Origin: Octopus vulgaris
Taxonomy: Eukaryota
Assembly: GCA_951406725.2 (NCBI GenBank)
Contig: OX597827.1
Location: 24,180,001-24,244,000, forward strand
Direction: 5' to 3'
Length of the DNA stretch: 64,000 nucleotides
The notes under the pieces were generated by a model. The model was not told where the DNA came from and made no database searches. It saw only the letters and a list, made by a program, of their open reading frames with translations. The translations under genes were made by a program, and so were the position numbers. The stretch's first letter is position 1; each line of letters begins with the position of its first letter. This document shows positions 12,211 through 24,514 of this stretch, piece by piece.

Positions 12211-14760
12211 GTCTAGACGTACCCAGGAAAACCTCTAGACGTCCAAAGAAATCCGCCTGACCCGTTAAGGACAGTGCATAAACTGCCATCAGACGGAATG
12301 CACACCCATTTCTGCCATCCACGTCCAAGACAACCAGCCTACCCCCCGGGTCTAGGAATATTGTTCTTACTTTTACATTTAGATTCTTTCGAAAAAGCAC
12401 CGCGGTACCTCCACCACCCATGTTCGGCAGACAGGGAGAAAAATAAATGTCGAATTGATCGCCAAACATGGACGCGAGGGCCCGCGGCTTGCTGAGTCTG
12501 GTTTCACTGATAGCTACTATATCCACGTTCAGTGACTTGATGTTGTTTAGAAGGTAACCTTGTTTCCAAGCCGACGCCAAGCTACGCGCATTCACACAAC
12601 CTAATTTAAGCATAATTGACGTTTAAGAAATTTCTGTTTCACACACTACACTGGAAGAGAAAAGAGGCAAGAGGGAAGGCGACTTACTCATTTTGAAAGT
12701 TTCAGTTTTTTCTTCATCTTTTGTAGTGTCTTTGAGGAGGTGTTTGAATAGTTTTTTTGAGAGGTATTTTTGAAACCCCCCTACCGCATTTGGAAATATG
12801 GTTTTCAGTGTATGGTGTTGTGTTATGTGTACAATTCTTGTGTGTTTCGGTGGAGTGGTGCGCGGATGATTATTTGTCTTAAAGTCATCTTCGCAGATGT
12901 TCGTGTTTTTTATTGTCCGTGATTGTCTAAGGGGATGCTGTCCGGAGTTAAATATCTCCCTGCTTTACTTACTTGTTTGGTGGGCTTTTTTGGTCTTTTC
13001 CTTTTACCCCCTGTGGCTATTTGCCATTCCGTTGAACTTTTGGCGGACTCGTCGTCCAACGAATCAGAAGGGTGTAAAGGCAAAGCGTTTGGATCTATAT
13101 GTGTGTTTGTAAAAGGTGTTGTTGTTTTGTGTGGTGTTTGTGTTGTTGGGGTATTAGGGGCAGAATTTGTCTTTTCGTCATTGTTATTTGTTTTTTTGGT
13201 TGTTGGTCTGTCTTTTGATGTTGGTGGTGATGTTGTTTCTTTTGTTGGTTGCGATGTCGGAGGTAATTCTCTTCTTGGTGAGGGGGAAACAGCTTTTGTA
13301 TCGTCCGCTGTTTTTCCTGTCTTTTGGGTTGAAGGTGGTGTGGGTAGCAGGGGTTTCCTTCCAGGTTTGGGGAGTGGTTGCTGTTGCCTATTTCTGACAG
13401 CAGTTGCATAAATAGCATCTTGGCCTCTTGCCCTCCATCACTACATACAATTTTTGATCTTTTGCCAGTTGAACACTAGTTGGTAAATTGTTTATTGCTT
13501 CTTGGGAGATTTGAAGCAATATTTCGAGTTTTTTACCAGTCCAGCTTTCCTCTGGAATGTCAGCTATTTCTAAAATATCTGCTTCTTCTATATCGAAGCA
13601 GATGGCTGATACCAGCCACTGGGTATTCACTACTGGCGGCACATTGTTTATTGTAACTTTCGTAACTCTGCGCCCAAGGTAGCTAGGTACCATTGTTACC
13701 TGGTCTGTGTGCAGAGTAAGGGTTGAAAACTTTTATGCTAGTTCTTCTGTATGGAAGCGAACTTGCACGGTAGCAAATTTACTTCCCCAATTCACATAAT
13801 TTTGGAATTTCCACACGGAAAAGAGGCACTTTTCAATTTTTTCTTTAGGTAGGTTTTCTGGTCTTTTTGTTTTGGTGTTGAGTATTCTGTAAATGATGGT
13901 CTTCTTTTGTGTTTCTTCTATGATGTTCCGTGGAATATTTAAATGCATTGTGTCGCCTTCTTTGGTGAGCAAGGACTTTGTGTCTTGTATTTGTTGGTGA
14001 GTAAATTTTAGGATTCTTCTTTTCGGTCGTATGGCTTCCGCAAAATTGTTTTTTGTGGAGGTGGTGGTGATGTTTGTGGCAGAGTCGTTCGTAGTAGATA
14101 ACTGTGAAGTCGGGTTGTTTACCAGTTTTTGAGTGGAGGTCGCGATGTTAGCGTTCATGCTCACATTTGTGTTTGTGTTGTTTTCCCCCATTTCCCCTGC
14201 TTTATGAAATTGTGGTGAAAGCAGTATGGGGAACTCAAGGAGGGTGTCGGTGTTGATGGTAGAATCATTGGTTGCAATGACAGGGATTGGCCTTGTGACC
14301 TTGGTTTTGTTGTTGTTGGTAGTGGTACTGTTAGCAGAGGAAGCAGTTGTCATAGCAGAAGCTGCTATGGTGGTGGTGTTGATGGTGGAATCATTGGTGG
14401 CGACCTTTGCTTTGTAGTTGTTGCTGTTGTCGATGCTGATGGTGGTGGTGGTGTTAGTAGCGTTCAAACTATCAAGGGAATCCTGCTTTTTTGTTTTGGC
14501 GTCACGCTTGACTTGCGCCTCAGCCTCCTGGTGACCAGTAGCCATTTTGAAAATAAAAATGGCTAAAATATAACAGGCCTATGAGAAAATTTAAAATTTT
14601 GCCCACAAGGGGCGAAATTTTGTGTAGATATTAATCAAGGTTTGCAGTGGATGTTGTTGCACAACTTTTAAACACAAAATATTTGACAATAAACACTTTT
14701 GAACGTACAAAATGACCAACTTACTTGGAGCCCATTTGACTTGCGTCTGTCTGTCCAGAG
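12211..14760 (-). mobile_element. Tx1-clade LINE, copy C (divergent subfamily): 5' UTR, disrupted ORF1 (ATG 14545) and EN start (12613)
   Basis: ORF1 fragments homologous to copy A (KEGDTMHLN, VRF.TEELA, YLGRRV); EN MLKLGCVNARSL..AISET; cut by the hAT TIR at 12210. Confidence 0.85.
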
Positions 14761-14970
14761 ATAGATAGATAGATAGTTTGTACCTAAATAGGTCAGCCCT
14801 TGTCCAGTTGAACTTCGCCTGACATGCTGAGGTCGAAGGGACAAAGAAAACCTTTTTTTGCACCTGTTGATCATCTTGGTTTGGAGGATTCTTGGATTCG
14901 AATCTAGGCTTGGAGAAGGAAGTGTTAATTTTTACATATCACATATTATTTCTTCAAATCACATATTTAA

Positions 14971-15020
14971 TTACATATTTAAGAGCTTTCAACCACTCCT
15001 GTAGTTTCATCAGAAATGTA
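14971..15020 (-). ncRNA. Minimal type I hammerhead ribozyme motif in the PLE 3' region
   Basis: Minus strand: tacattt CTGATGA aactac-agga-gtggtt GAAA g-ct-cTT aaatatgtaa; 6-bp helix II; helix I pairs with one 2-nt bulge. Confidence 0.65.
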
Positions 15021-17092
15021 CTGTATTTTCCGCACTATAAGGCGCACCGGATTATTAGGCGCACCTTCAATGAATGGCCTATTTTAAAACTTTGTCCATA
15101 TATAAGGCGCATAGAATAGACGCTACAGTAGAGGCTGGGGTTACGTTATGCATCCATTAGATGGAGCTGCGCTGAAAGGAATGTCAACAAAACAGTTGGG
15201 TAGGTCAGTCAAACTTTATTAATAGATTACAAACCAGCGTTCTGACAACTCCGTTCACTCCCAAAATGAATAAACTGCTGTTTTATTATTTTCCCCGAGG
15301 TAAAGTCAGTGATGTGGTATTTTGTTTATTTTTTAACAACAGCAAGGTATAACATGTAGTGCAACATTTAGATCACATAGTGGAGGGGAACTTTTCCTCG
15401 ATTCAATAAACACGTAAAAACAGTCTGATACTATTACAGTAAATCAAACGTTAGTGCAATCACAATATAGTAACACTCGAAATAGTGCAAAGCAATAAAA
15501 AATATCAATAACTTAACGTTGCTCAAACGTTAATGTCACACAACACAACACACAAAATAAACATATAAAGCTCACTTTATTAAGTTATTCCTCATTCACG
15601 AATCCCTCGAATTCTTCTTCTTCAGTGTCCGAATTAAACAGTTGGGCGAATACGGGATCCAACACACCTGGCTCTGTCTCGTCGAAGTCGTCATTAATCG
15701 AGTCAGTGTCGCTGATGTTGTCTAGCAGTTCAGTGACAATTCCTGCCTTCCTGAAAGCTCGGACCACAGTTGAGACTGATATATCAGCCCAGGCATTTAC
15801 GATCCATTGGCAGATAGTGGCGTATGTCGTTCGGCGCTGTCTCCCTGTCTTGGTAAAAGTCTGTTCGCCTTCTGTCATCCACTGTTCCCACGCAGTTCGC
15901 AGTCTAGCTTTGAATGCCCTGTTGACACCAATATCTAGCGGCTGGAGTTCTTTTGTCAATCCACCTGGAATGACAGCGAGTATTGAATTTGTGTGCTTCA
16001 CATGTTTTTTGACACCATTTGTGATATGGGAGCGCATGGAGTCGTAGATCAAAAGGGACGGAGCTGTGTGAAAAAAGCCACCCGGTCTCTTCACGTAAAT
16101 TTCTCTCAACCACTCGCTCATCTTTTCCTTATCCATCCATCCCTTTGAGTTAGCTTTGATGATGACGCCGGCTGGAAAGTTTTCTTTTGGCAAGGTCTTC
16201 CTCTTGAAAATAACCATGGGTGGAAGTTTCTGGCCATTAGCTTGGCAAGTGAGAACTACAGTGAAGGATGACTTCTCATTTCCTGTGGTGCGAACATTTA
16301 CCGTACGTGCTCCCGTTTTTTCCACAGTGCGGTTCACAGGAATATCAAAGGTGAGTGGAACCTCGTCCATGTTGATGATGTGCTCTGGCCGGATCTTTTT
16401 TTCAGTAATCTTGTTTTTGCAATATGCGCGAAAAGTGACCAGCTTTACTTGGTAGTCTTTTGGCAGTTGCTGTGAAACAGTAGTTCGTGTGCGAATGGAG
16501 AGATTACATCTTTTCATAAACCGAAAGCACCAAGAAGGACCGCCTTTAAATTCATTAATGTTAAGTTCGCTTGCTAGCGCTGTTGCCTTCATTCGAATAG
16601 TGATTGTACTGACACTTCTACCTGCTGCTCTCTGTTCAACAACCCACTGTTCGAGTTTGTTCTCCAACTGTGGCCATCTCGCTTTGTTCCCTCGGAAACT
16701 CTTTTTAGTCTTCTTTACTTGACTCAGGTCATCTTGTTGCTTCCTCCACTTCCGCACCATTGATTCGTTAATGTTAAATTCTCTCGCTGCTGCTCTATTC
16801 CCGTGTTCTACTGCGTGACTGATCGCCTTGAGTTTAAACTCTGCGCCGTAGGCGTGTCTCTTAATAGGAGCCATTTTGGGGTCTCTATATAAACACACAA
16901 ATGGAAATGAAACGGCATGCCTCGCGCAGTCATATATCCCAGCATGCACCGCACGCTTCTTCTACGAGGGAAAATGAAGTCAGCGGCTGCTTACCGTAGT
17001 TTCGAGACCTGTTGTGGCTCAATATTGGTGCACCGTCGGCTTTTGAGAAAATTGAAGGTTTTTATGTGCGCCTTATAGTGCGGAAAATACGG
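15021..17092 (-). mobile_element. pogo-superfamily (Passer/pogoR11-like) DNA transposon, full length
   Basis: 27-bp TIRs c(t/c)gtattttccgcactataaggcgcac; TA target duplication at 15019-20 and 17093-94. Confidence 0.95.
15585..16874 (-). CDS. Intact pogo/Passer transposase (429 aa, DD35D)
   Basis: MAPIKRHAY.. Brinker-like DBD, CENP-B HTH, NMDEVP / YDSM / QPLD triad with 35 residues between D2 and D3, acidic tail. Confidence 0.92.
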   Translation of the reverse strand: MAPIKRHAYGAEFKLKAISHAVEHGNRAAAREFNINESMVRKWRKQQDDLSQVKKTKKSFRGNKARWPQLENKLEQWVVEQRAAGRSVSTITIRMKATALASELNINEFKGGPSWCFRFMKRCNLSIRTRTTVSQQLPKDYQVKLVTFRAYCKNKITEKKIRPEHIINMDEVPLTFDIPVNRTVEKTGARTVNVRTTGNEKSSFTVVLTCQANGQKLPPMVIFKRKTLPKENFPAGVIIKANSKGWMDKEKMSEWLREIYVKRPGGFFHTAPSLLIYDSMRSHITNGVKKHVKHTNSILAVIPGGLTKELQPLDIGVNRAFKARLRTAWEQWMTEGEQTFTKTGRQRRTTYATICQWIVNAWADISVSTVVRAFRKAGIVTELLDNISDTDSINDDFDETEPGVLDPVFAQLFNSDTEEEEFEGFVNEE

Positions 17093-17379
17093 TAAGTTTG
17101 CAGAGTTTTGCCTGTTTTTATATTATTGGAGGATGAAGTGGAGAGAGTGAGTGTGTGTATAATGGGGAATAGAGGGAGGGAGAAGGAGAGTGATAGGGAA
17201 ATAGAGGGAGGGAGAAGGTGAAATAGAGAGAATATGGGTGTGTGTGTTTTAAAAATGTGTTTTTGTGTTTTTCTTTTTTTCTTTTTGGGTCCCTTTGTAT
17301 TTTTTAGATGACCATGTAAGAAATGGAAAGAGAGAAGGAAAAAGGGGGTTTGTTTTTCAATAGTAGGAGTGTTGCTATG

Positions 17380-17915
17380 TACGCACACACACAAATATCC
17401 TTACAAATATATACATACACACACACATATATATGAAGGAACTTATTATGTGTGTGTGTTTTCATAAACATTCATACATATATTGTGTGTCCTTGAAAAT
17501 GAGAAAGAAAGAAAAAAAGGGAAAAAATAAAATATAAAAATAAAAGAAAATATTGTGTCCCTTTTCCTACTTGGCACTCCCTGTGGGTTTCTAAAAGAAC
17601 AGGCGGTTTACCATTCAATGTTTGATATACATACATAAACACATATCTATATATACACACACACACACATACATATACACATATATATATACATACAGAC
17701 ACACATATATATATACACATGCATATATACACATGCATATATACACACATACATGCACATACACATTTACACATACATATATACCCACACATACATGCAT
17801 ACATACATATATATGATCACATATACCAACATGTAAACATACAAATATATTTGCACATTTACACACATATATATGTCTACATGCATATAAGAATGTATAA
17901 ACATATACATACATT
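17380..17915. repeat. Compound (CA/TA)n microsatellite inside the PLE 3' region
   Basis: Directly visible CA/TA runs. Confidence 0.9.
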
Positions 17916-18099
17916 GTTAGAAGTTTAAGGTATTAAATTGTATAATTGTATATATAAAAAGAAAAGAGAGAATTCTTTCATTTGTATATAAAGATATAGA
18001 AAGATTCTTTCTTTTTTTATGTATCACATATTTTAACAGATCAGGTTTTTTTTATTATCATCATCGTTTGATTTTTTGCTACTTATTTTTACTTTTTTT

Positions 18100-20890
18100 T
18101 TAACCGTTCAATTTTGGGCTAAATTTTTCTATAAAATGCATTTCCATAGCTTTACGATATTCTGGGTCATGCCGTGAGCATTTGTAGAATGGAATAATTT
18201 TAAATTTTCCATTTCCGCATACATCCAGGTGTTTTCTTAATGGTATCTTGCATAACTCTTCCTGCTTTATATGTTGTTTATGTATTCTAGTGCGTTGGCA
18301 GAGAGAGTTGTTCGTTTTGCCAATATAATTTTCCTTGCAGTTTGGGCAGGTAATGCAACATATGAGGTTTTGTGTTTTGCAGGTCATATTTGCATTGATT
18401 TTAAAGAGAGGGCCACTTTTGAATTTTAAGTGCGAACCAAATTCTAAGTATTTGTAATTATTGTCATTGTTGCATATTCTGCATCTTTTGTCTCCACATT
18501 CTGTTACTGAGAATTTTGGTCCCTTCTCCAATCTGAATTCTACCCTTGTGAGGTGCTTTTTAAGGTTTTTCAGTTGGCGTTTGCTGTTAAGTAAAATTTT
18601 TTTTGCTCATCAGGTTCATCATTTTGGGGCTTTGTAGAAGGATGGGTAAGTTTGATCTTATAGCCTGGAAAATATTTGTTATGCCAGAACTATGTGTGGA
18701 GACATGGTATTGTCTGTTTGTTGGTTTTTTTCTTTTGGTGTTCTTAATTCGGTGGTGTTGAGTTTCAGTGCCTTTTTAAAACTTTCCTTTATCATTCCTG
18801 AGGGGTATTTTTGTATTTTGAGGAAGTCCTGGAGTTCGTCGAGTCTAGTTTTAGATGTTGCAGTGTTTGTTACTATAGTGCATATGTGTCTTGCTATGCA
18901 GTAAGGTATATTTCTTTTACTGTGTGATGGGTGGCAAGAGTCAAAGTTGAGATAGTGATGTGTGTCTTTTTATTTTGTAATAAATGTCTGTAGTTACTCT
19001 GCAGTTTTGTATTTTTATGAGAATGTGCAGGAATGGTAATTCATTAAAGTTGGATTCTGTAGTAAATTTTATGGATGGGTGCAATTTGTTCAATATCTCT
19101 TTAAAGGTCTCTTAGGTCCGTGTCTGAGTTTACCCAAAAGATGAAGCAATCATCAAGAAATCATTTCCATTGCTTCCTGGTCAAAGGTTTTTTTCTACTT
19201 CTTTGTAGAGTTTTTCCCCCGGGAACCCCATGACTAAGTTAGCTTATGAGGGTGCAAAACGCATACCCATAGCTGTGCCCTTTATTTGTTTATGTTTTGT
19301 GATCAAATTTGTGTTTTCCTCTAGTACTATGCATGTGGCTTTGGTGATGAGATCCTTCTTAAAATGTTCATTTTATCTCTATGTCTTGTCACTCAGTATT
19401 CCACCGCTTCCAGACCTAGAGTGTAGGGAATGTTGGTGTATAGGTTGGTGACATCGAAACTTGTGAGTACGGTACCTTCTGGGACAGTGTCCAGGATATG
19501 TTGTAAGAAATCGATGCCATCTCTTACATAGCTTGGTAGGAGGGGGCATAGAGGCTTAAGTATGATGTCCAAAAAGTGGCTAAGTTGTTAGGTTGGTGCT
19601 TGGGGTCCCGCCACCATTGGCTTTGGTTTCAGGTCTGTAGGTCTTGGTATTTGCATGTATTTGTTTTTTTTTTGTTCGTTAATGGCATTTTGTATTGCCG
19701 AGCTTTTTTTGATTTTCGGCAAGCCATAGAAGTTGCTCTCTTTGGTTTGAGAGTAGCATTTATACTCTTTCTCTTTTTCTGTGAAAGAGTCTCGGTATTC
19801 TTCGATCAGTTTTCTGATTTTTGATCTTGTTGTCTTTTCTGGGTGCCTTGGTTCTTCCTTGTAATACGTTTCGTCTGTCAGCTTTTCCAGTATTTTGTCT
19901 TTATAGTAGTCCTTATCCATGATTACTATCGCTCCACCCTTATCTGCTTCTTTTAAGATGATTGATTTATCATTTTTTGGTGTTTGTAGGGATTCTTTTT
20001 CTTCTTTAGAAAGGTTTTGTTTGCATTTTTGTGACTTCAGGGGAAATTTGGTGATTGTCTCAATATGTGTCCAGATATTTGTCACTTCCCTTGTAGGGGG
20101 TGAAGTGGGATTTCTTTTTGACTATTGATCCCTCATCAAAATCCTTATTTCCTAAGACTTCTAGAAGTCGTAGGTGACGGCTGAAGTGTTCCACATCTGA
20201 TTCCAGTTCGACCAAATTAGGTGTGGGTGCAGGGGTGAATTTAAAACCCCTTAGTAGTAGTGTCATTTCATTCTTATTTATATTTCTATTTGATAAATTT
20301 ATTATTTTGGGGTCTGTGTGTTTGTTTAGAGTCTGTATTTTATTGGGTCCGGTGGGTGGTTTCGGAAGTTTTTCCCTAAAAAAGAAAGTGTGTGGTTTTC
20401 TCTTTGTCTTCTGAGTTCGGGAATTTGTTTTCCATATGGTGGAGGAGGTGTTGGTTTGAATCTACTGTATGGGAGTCTTTAGTATTGAGCTCTGTAGCCC
20501 TCCCACCTGTCATAAGTTATGGGTCTTTTGGGGTGTTTAGAATTTCTTGGTTTTTCTATGTGGACTGTTGTGGTTTTTGTGTTTTTTGTAGTTGGATATT
20601 TCATCATTTCTTCGGTGTACCTGTCCAGTGTTTTTGGTGTTGTAGGCAGCTGGTTGTCTTTTATGTCCTTTTTGATTACTCCATTCAGTGTAATTGTGGT
20701 CATGGGTGGTTGGAAAGTGTGGGTTCCTCATCCTCACTCGGTGAGATGTTTCTACTTTTCCCGTATATGGAGTTGAGAGATATTCATTTTGGTAGCTTTT
20801 TCTGGTTCTGTTTTGTTTGTAGTTTGAGTTTGTATTCCATTTTCTTGTATTTTGTTGTTTTTGGTGGTGTTGTCGTGTTTTTGTTGTCAT
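18100..20890 (-). mobile_element. Penelope-like element (Neptune type): disrupted RT plus GIY-YIG ORF; 3' region extends to about 14860 across the pogo insertion
   Basis: GFKFTPAP, ADKGGAIVIMD, FYGLPKI, SFDVTNLYTNIP, GTAMG, FLDDCF, CGDKRCRIC Zn finger, CPNCKENYIGKT..E..FI..LN. Confidence 0.88.
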
Positions 20891-23697
20891 GGTTGATTTG
20901 TCTGTACATCACCCCCAATACTTCTTGTGTGAGTGTGTGTGTGAGGAGCTTACTGTTGTTAGTAGTTATTAATCATGTGCCACCTTTCAGCAGTGTTAAA
21001 TTTGCTTAGTGTGTTGAGAAACAGCAAAGCGTTGTTGAGATGCGGTCACTTGTGTCTCGATGATAGTGATGGTGGTGGCACAAGTGAGTTACATTGACAA
21101 AGGACGAGAGATTTGCAGAGACGGTTCAACTGACATCTTGGTTGGTGAGTTGAGAAACTGTGTAGTATTCTATTGAGGTGACCAGTGTAAGATATTTCAT
21201 TGCTTCATAATCAATCCTGGACAATAACTCGTTACTGTTACTTTTTTTCATCTAAAAACAGTTACCTGGGTTCAGTTTCTAGGCAATGAGTTGGTGTTTC
21301 GGACTCTGCCAAATATCCCTGCTACAGGGGAATTTTTTTTACAGGTATCACAGCAAAGTTTTTTTCTTTCTCTTTATATCATCAGAAAAATGAATATTTT
21401 TACATTTCATCTTGCATTCACAGAATAACATTTTCTGTAATTTTTCTTCTCTCATTTATTTATAATTTTTGTTTAGAATATTTTTCCTTTGTTATATTTC
21501 CATTATCTGTTATCTTAATCAGTGTCTGGAGATGCTGCTGATTATTTTATGATCCATGCTTATTTAGAATGCAAAATCCTTTTGTATGTATTCCCGAAGG
21601 TGTTATCGAATTCCTTTTAGTAAATTGTCATCCGATGTTCTGAAGTTGGACAGAATATCATAAAAGAGGAATCTTTCACTTATGTAGTGGAACAAAGAAT
21701 GAATGTGGGTAGAGTAAGGGATTGCTGTTTCAATATTCAGCGACTGTGTTGTGCAGCTCTGTAGCAAAACTGACAAATCAAATTGAAACAAATTGTGTAA
21801 TAATCTAGAAAGAGCTAGTAAGAAAGTAAGGCAAACTCGTGGTACAGTAGTGACAACTTTCAAGGGGTTTATGTTTATTGGTGCTCTTCTTACAGGTGAA
21901 TTAGCATGTATAGGAAAGCACTTTGTGATGCAAACTTGGGATTAAGGTAGTTGAGAAAGCAAGTAAATGCATTAGATCACAAATTAATTGGGCCTGTCCT
22001 TTTGAAAGGACCACTGGTGTACTATTTGATGTCAGTCACAAGATTAACTGTAAAAACTAGTAATGTTACCAGATAAAATGTGTGTGTGGTGGGGTGTGAA
22101 CAGGGAATCTTTATGTGGGGGAGGGGGGTGCATTTACAACCTGGCCGAGAGATTTTGAACACCACTGGCATGTAGGATAGAAAGTTTTCTACATCAGTAT
22201 TCTATGATAAATACAACAGCATTAAAAAAAAAGAAACCCTTAAACTCTAAATATTGATCCATCCACACAAGGCAGCATCAGAAGATACATGAAGCTGCAA
22301 TGTATAACAAAAGAGAAATTTATACTTGAAAAGAAATATGAGAACTATGCATGTGTGTACGGCTTGGTCAAAGGCTATACAGGATTCTCAGGATGTAATG
22401 GTGGGAGGACCTAGTGTATATAGTCATGTAGGGGGCTACAGGTAAGATAATACACACCTTTCCTCATGGGCTACAAACTTCATCCTTGCAGTTTTGGCAG
22501 ATGTCTGTGTGATGAAAATTTTTTACTATATAACTCTTTTCCTGGCTAAATATAACCTGCATTTTCTGCTGTTATTAAAATAAGGTTTGCACTTCTCCAA
22601 AATTTTCCACTTGATGTTGTAATCTGTGGTGCTTTTCTTGAAAATCCATTCATGTCTAGCCAAGGCTGTGACATTACATTTCTCCTAGATATTGAAGTAG
22701 GACTTATGATTGATCTGAAAAGACCTTCTGTTGGGGCTCTGACATTATCTTTGCTTCATATACAACTGCCTTGGTGTGGGCCTACCTATCAATATCATCT
22801 TTACAGTAGGTGCACAGCTAAAAGAAACTCTTAAAGTGGGTTAGGGTTAACCCTAATTTTTACACACCCTATTCATCCAAGAAAAGTGCTTATTCACTAA
22901 GCTAAGGAAGATCTTACCCACAAAAGTTTTTGTTTTAGGGCATAGTGGGTTACTTTTTATAGTCACCAGTTTTTCTACAACAGTTATAGTAATCGTTATT
23001 TGAAGGCTGCTTATTTTACACTCATTTACTAGTGTATATTTTGTCTTGGGTGGAAGTTGATATTGATAAAGCCATCCCTTAACTTGTAAAGGATATCAAT
23101 AATTATTACCTCTCAAGTTAAAATGTACGTTATGTTAGTGTACGGACACTAATGTACACTTATACGTCTTACGAAAATGTATGTTGATGATCGTGTCCTT
23201 ATTACATACCGTTATATAAAAAAAAAAACTTTACAGATTATTAAACAGAATTAAACATGTTAAACAGGTTGGGAAGAATTGCAGAAAGATGAAATATCAT
23301 TTTATATAGTTTATTTCTATACATTCATACGTATATTATTTTTCTAGCTAATTCTTAGGCTTAAACAATGAAACACGACGACCAAAATAGGTGTCGGACT
23401 TTTAAAGAGTATTTCTCATGGTAACAACCATTCCTCTGGATTTGAGTGACGTGGATTCATTTAGACAACCACCGACACTAAAGTTTTCTCCCAAATCTAG
23501 GGTTTTTGTAACTGCTCATCTTGACTTTTAAGAATTGAAATTGCATAAAAATATTCTTTAATTTTCAGAATTCCTATATGAGCAGTTATTTCAACCAATG
23601 GGAAATCTACAATCATATTTCCTCGGTTACACGACATTACGTCATATTGTCGGCTGTTATGAATTGGCTTGTAGTGACGTGCGCAACTTCTCCAAAG

Positions 23698-24395
23698 CTA
23701 GTTTAAATGTTTAAAGGTGCATGGCTTATGCACTTGTGTGCTTTGTCTCCAAATTTGGAGTGGTACCAACACAGTCCGGACTTTGACTGTGAGGAACAAC
23801 TACGACTACGTAATCTTGAGAAACGCTTGTCATCGCGTCCATCCTTTTGGTAAGAATTTCAATTTCTTTAGAAAAGCCATCAATTGAGTCTGCAGAAGAT
23901 ACCTCGGAGCAGACGCAAGCAGCACGTGATGATGGCTGCACGGAGAATTCAGCAATTTTATCAGCCATGGTGGCTATTTGGTCCACAGTATTTGATTCAA
24001 GTGCTGTGGCCAAAATTGTTTGTATATTGGAAGGCAACCTTGAAAAAAATATCTTCCGAAGTAGAGGAGCGTCAGCGGATTTACTGCTTAACTCTCTCAA
24101 ACGGCGCAAAAATTGTGACGGTGTTCTATCCCCCAACTCCTCATCTGCCATTAGCTCATTAAATCTACTTTCCTCACTTCTTGTATTTCTACGTAAAATT
24201 TCTGCCTTCACAGGCATCTGGACTAGGATCTGTAATGAGATCTCTAGCAGTAATTGCAAGTTGCGGAAGCATGCAGCTATAAAGAAGTTGCAATTGTTTC
24301 TCAGAAGAAATACTACGAGCTGAAAAATGTGCCTCTAGTTGCACAAACCAAAGTGTTGCATCTCCAGTGAAAACAGCTAACGATGCAAAAGACAC
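23698..24395 (-). mobile_element. Gypsy (CsRn1 clade) gag remnant
   Basis: LWFVQLEAHF, ELGDRTPSQFLRRLREL, FFSRLP, LCWYHSKFGDKAHKC; ends T TTA AAC TAG. Confidence 0.85.
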
Positions 24396-24510
24396 TGTGT
24401 CGCCAGGCGCTTCTGTCAGCAGCGGCGGATTCCCATGTTTGGGTGTTGATCTGGCATAGCTTTAGGTCCTTCTTGCAGATATCCTTGAAGCACAGTTTAG
24501 GGCATCCCAT
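24392..24510 (-). mobile_element. RTE-type LINE ORF C-terminal fragment
   Basis: G.PKL.FKDICKKDLKLCQINTQTWESAAADRSAWR. Confidence 0.7.
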
Positions 24511-24514
24511 ATTA

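Noticed and set aside
16875-16949. Upstream ATG of the pogo ORF in the ORF track
   Set aside because: Family-like sequence begins at MAPIKR (16874), which has a better start context
17472-17928. ORFs rich in Y/I/H/T/C/V
   Set aside because: Microsatellite translations
21370-21395. CTGATGA hits as hammerheads (also near 31785, 42757, 58368 and 59374)
   Set aside because: No helix II plus GAAA plus helix I; two fall in coding sequence (RT YADD, SLU7 exon)
22835-22860. ttagggttaaccctaa telomere-like palindrome
   Set aside because: Only one unit each way; too short to call a telomere fusion
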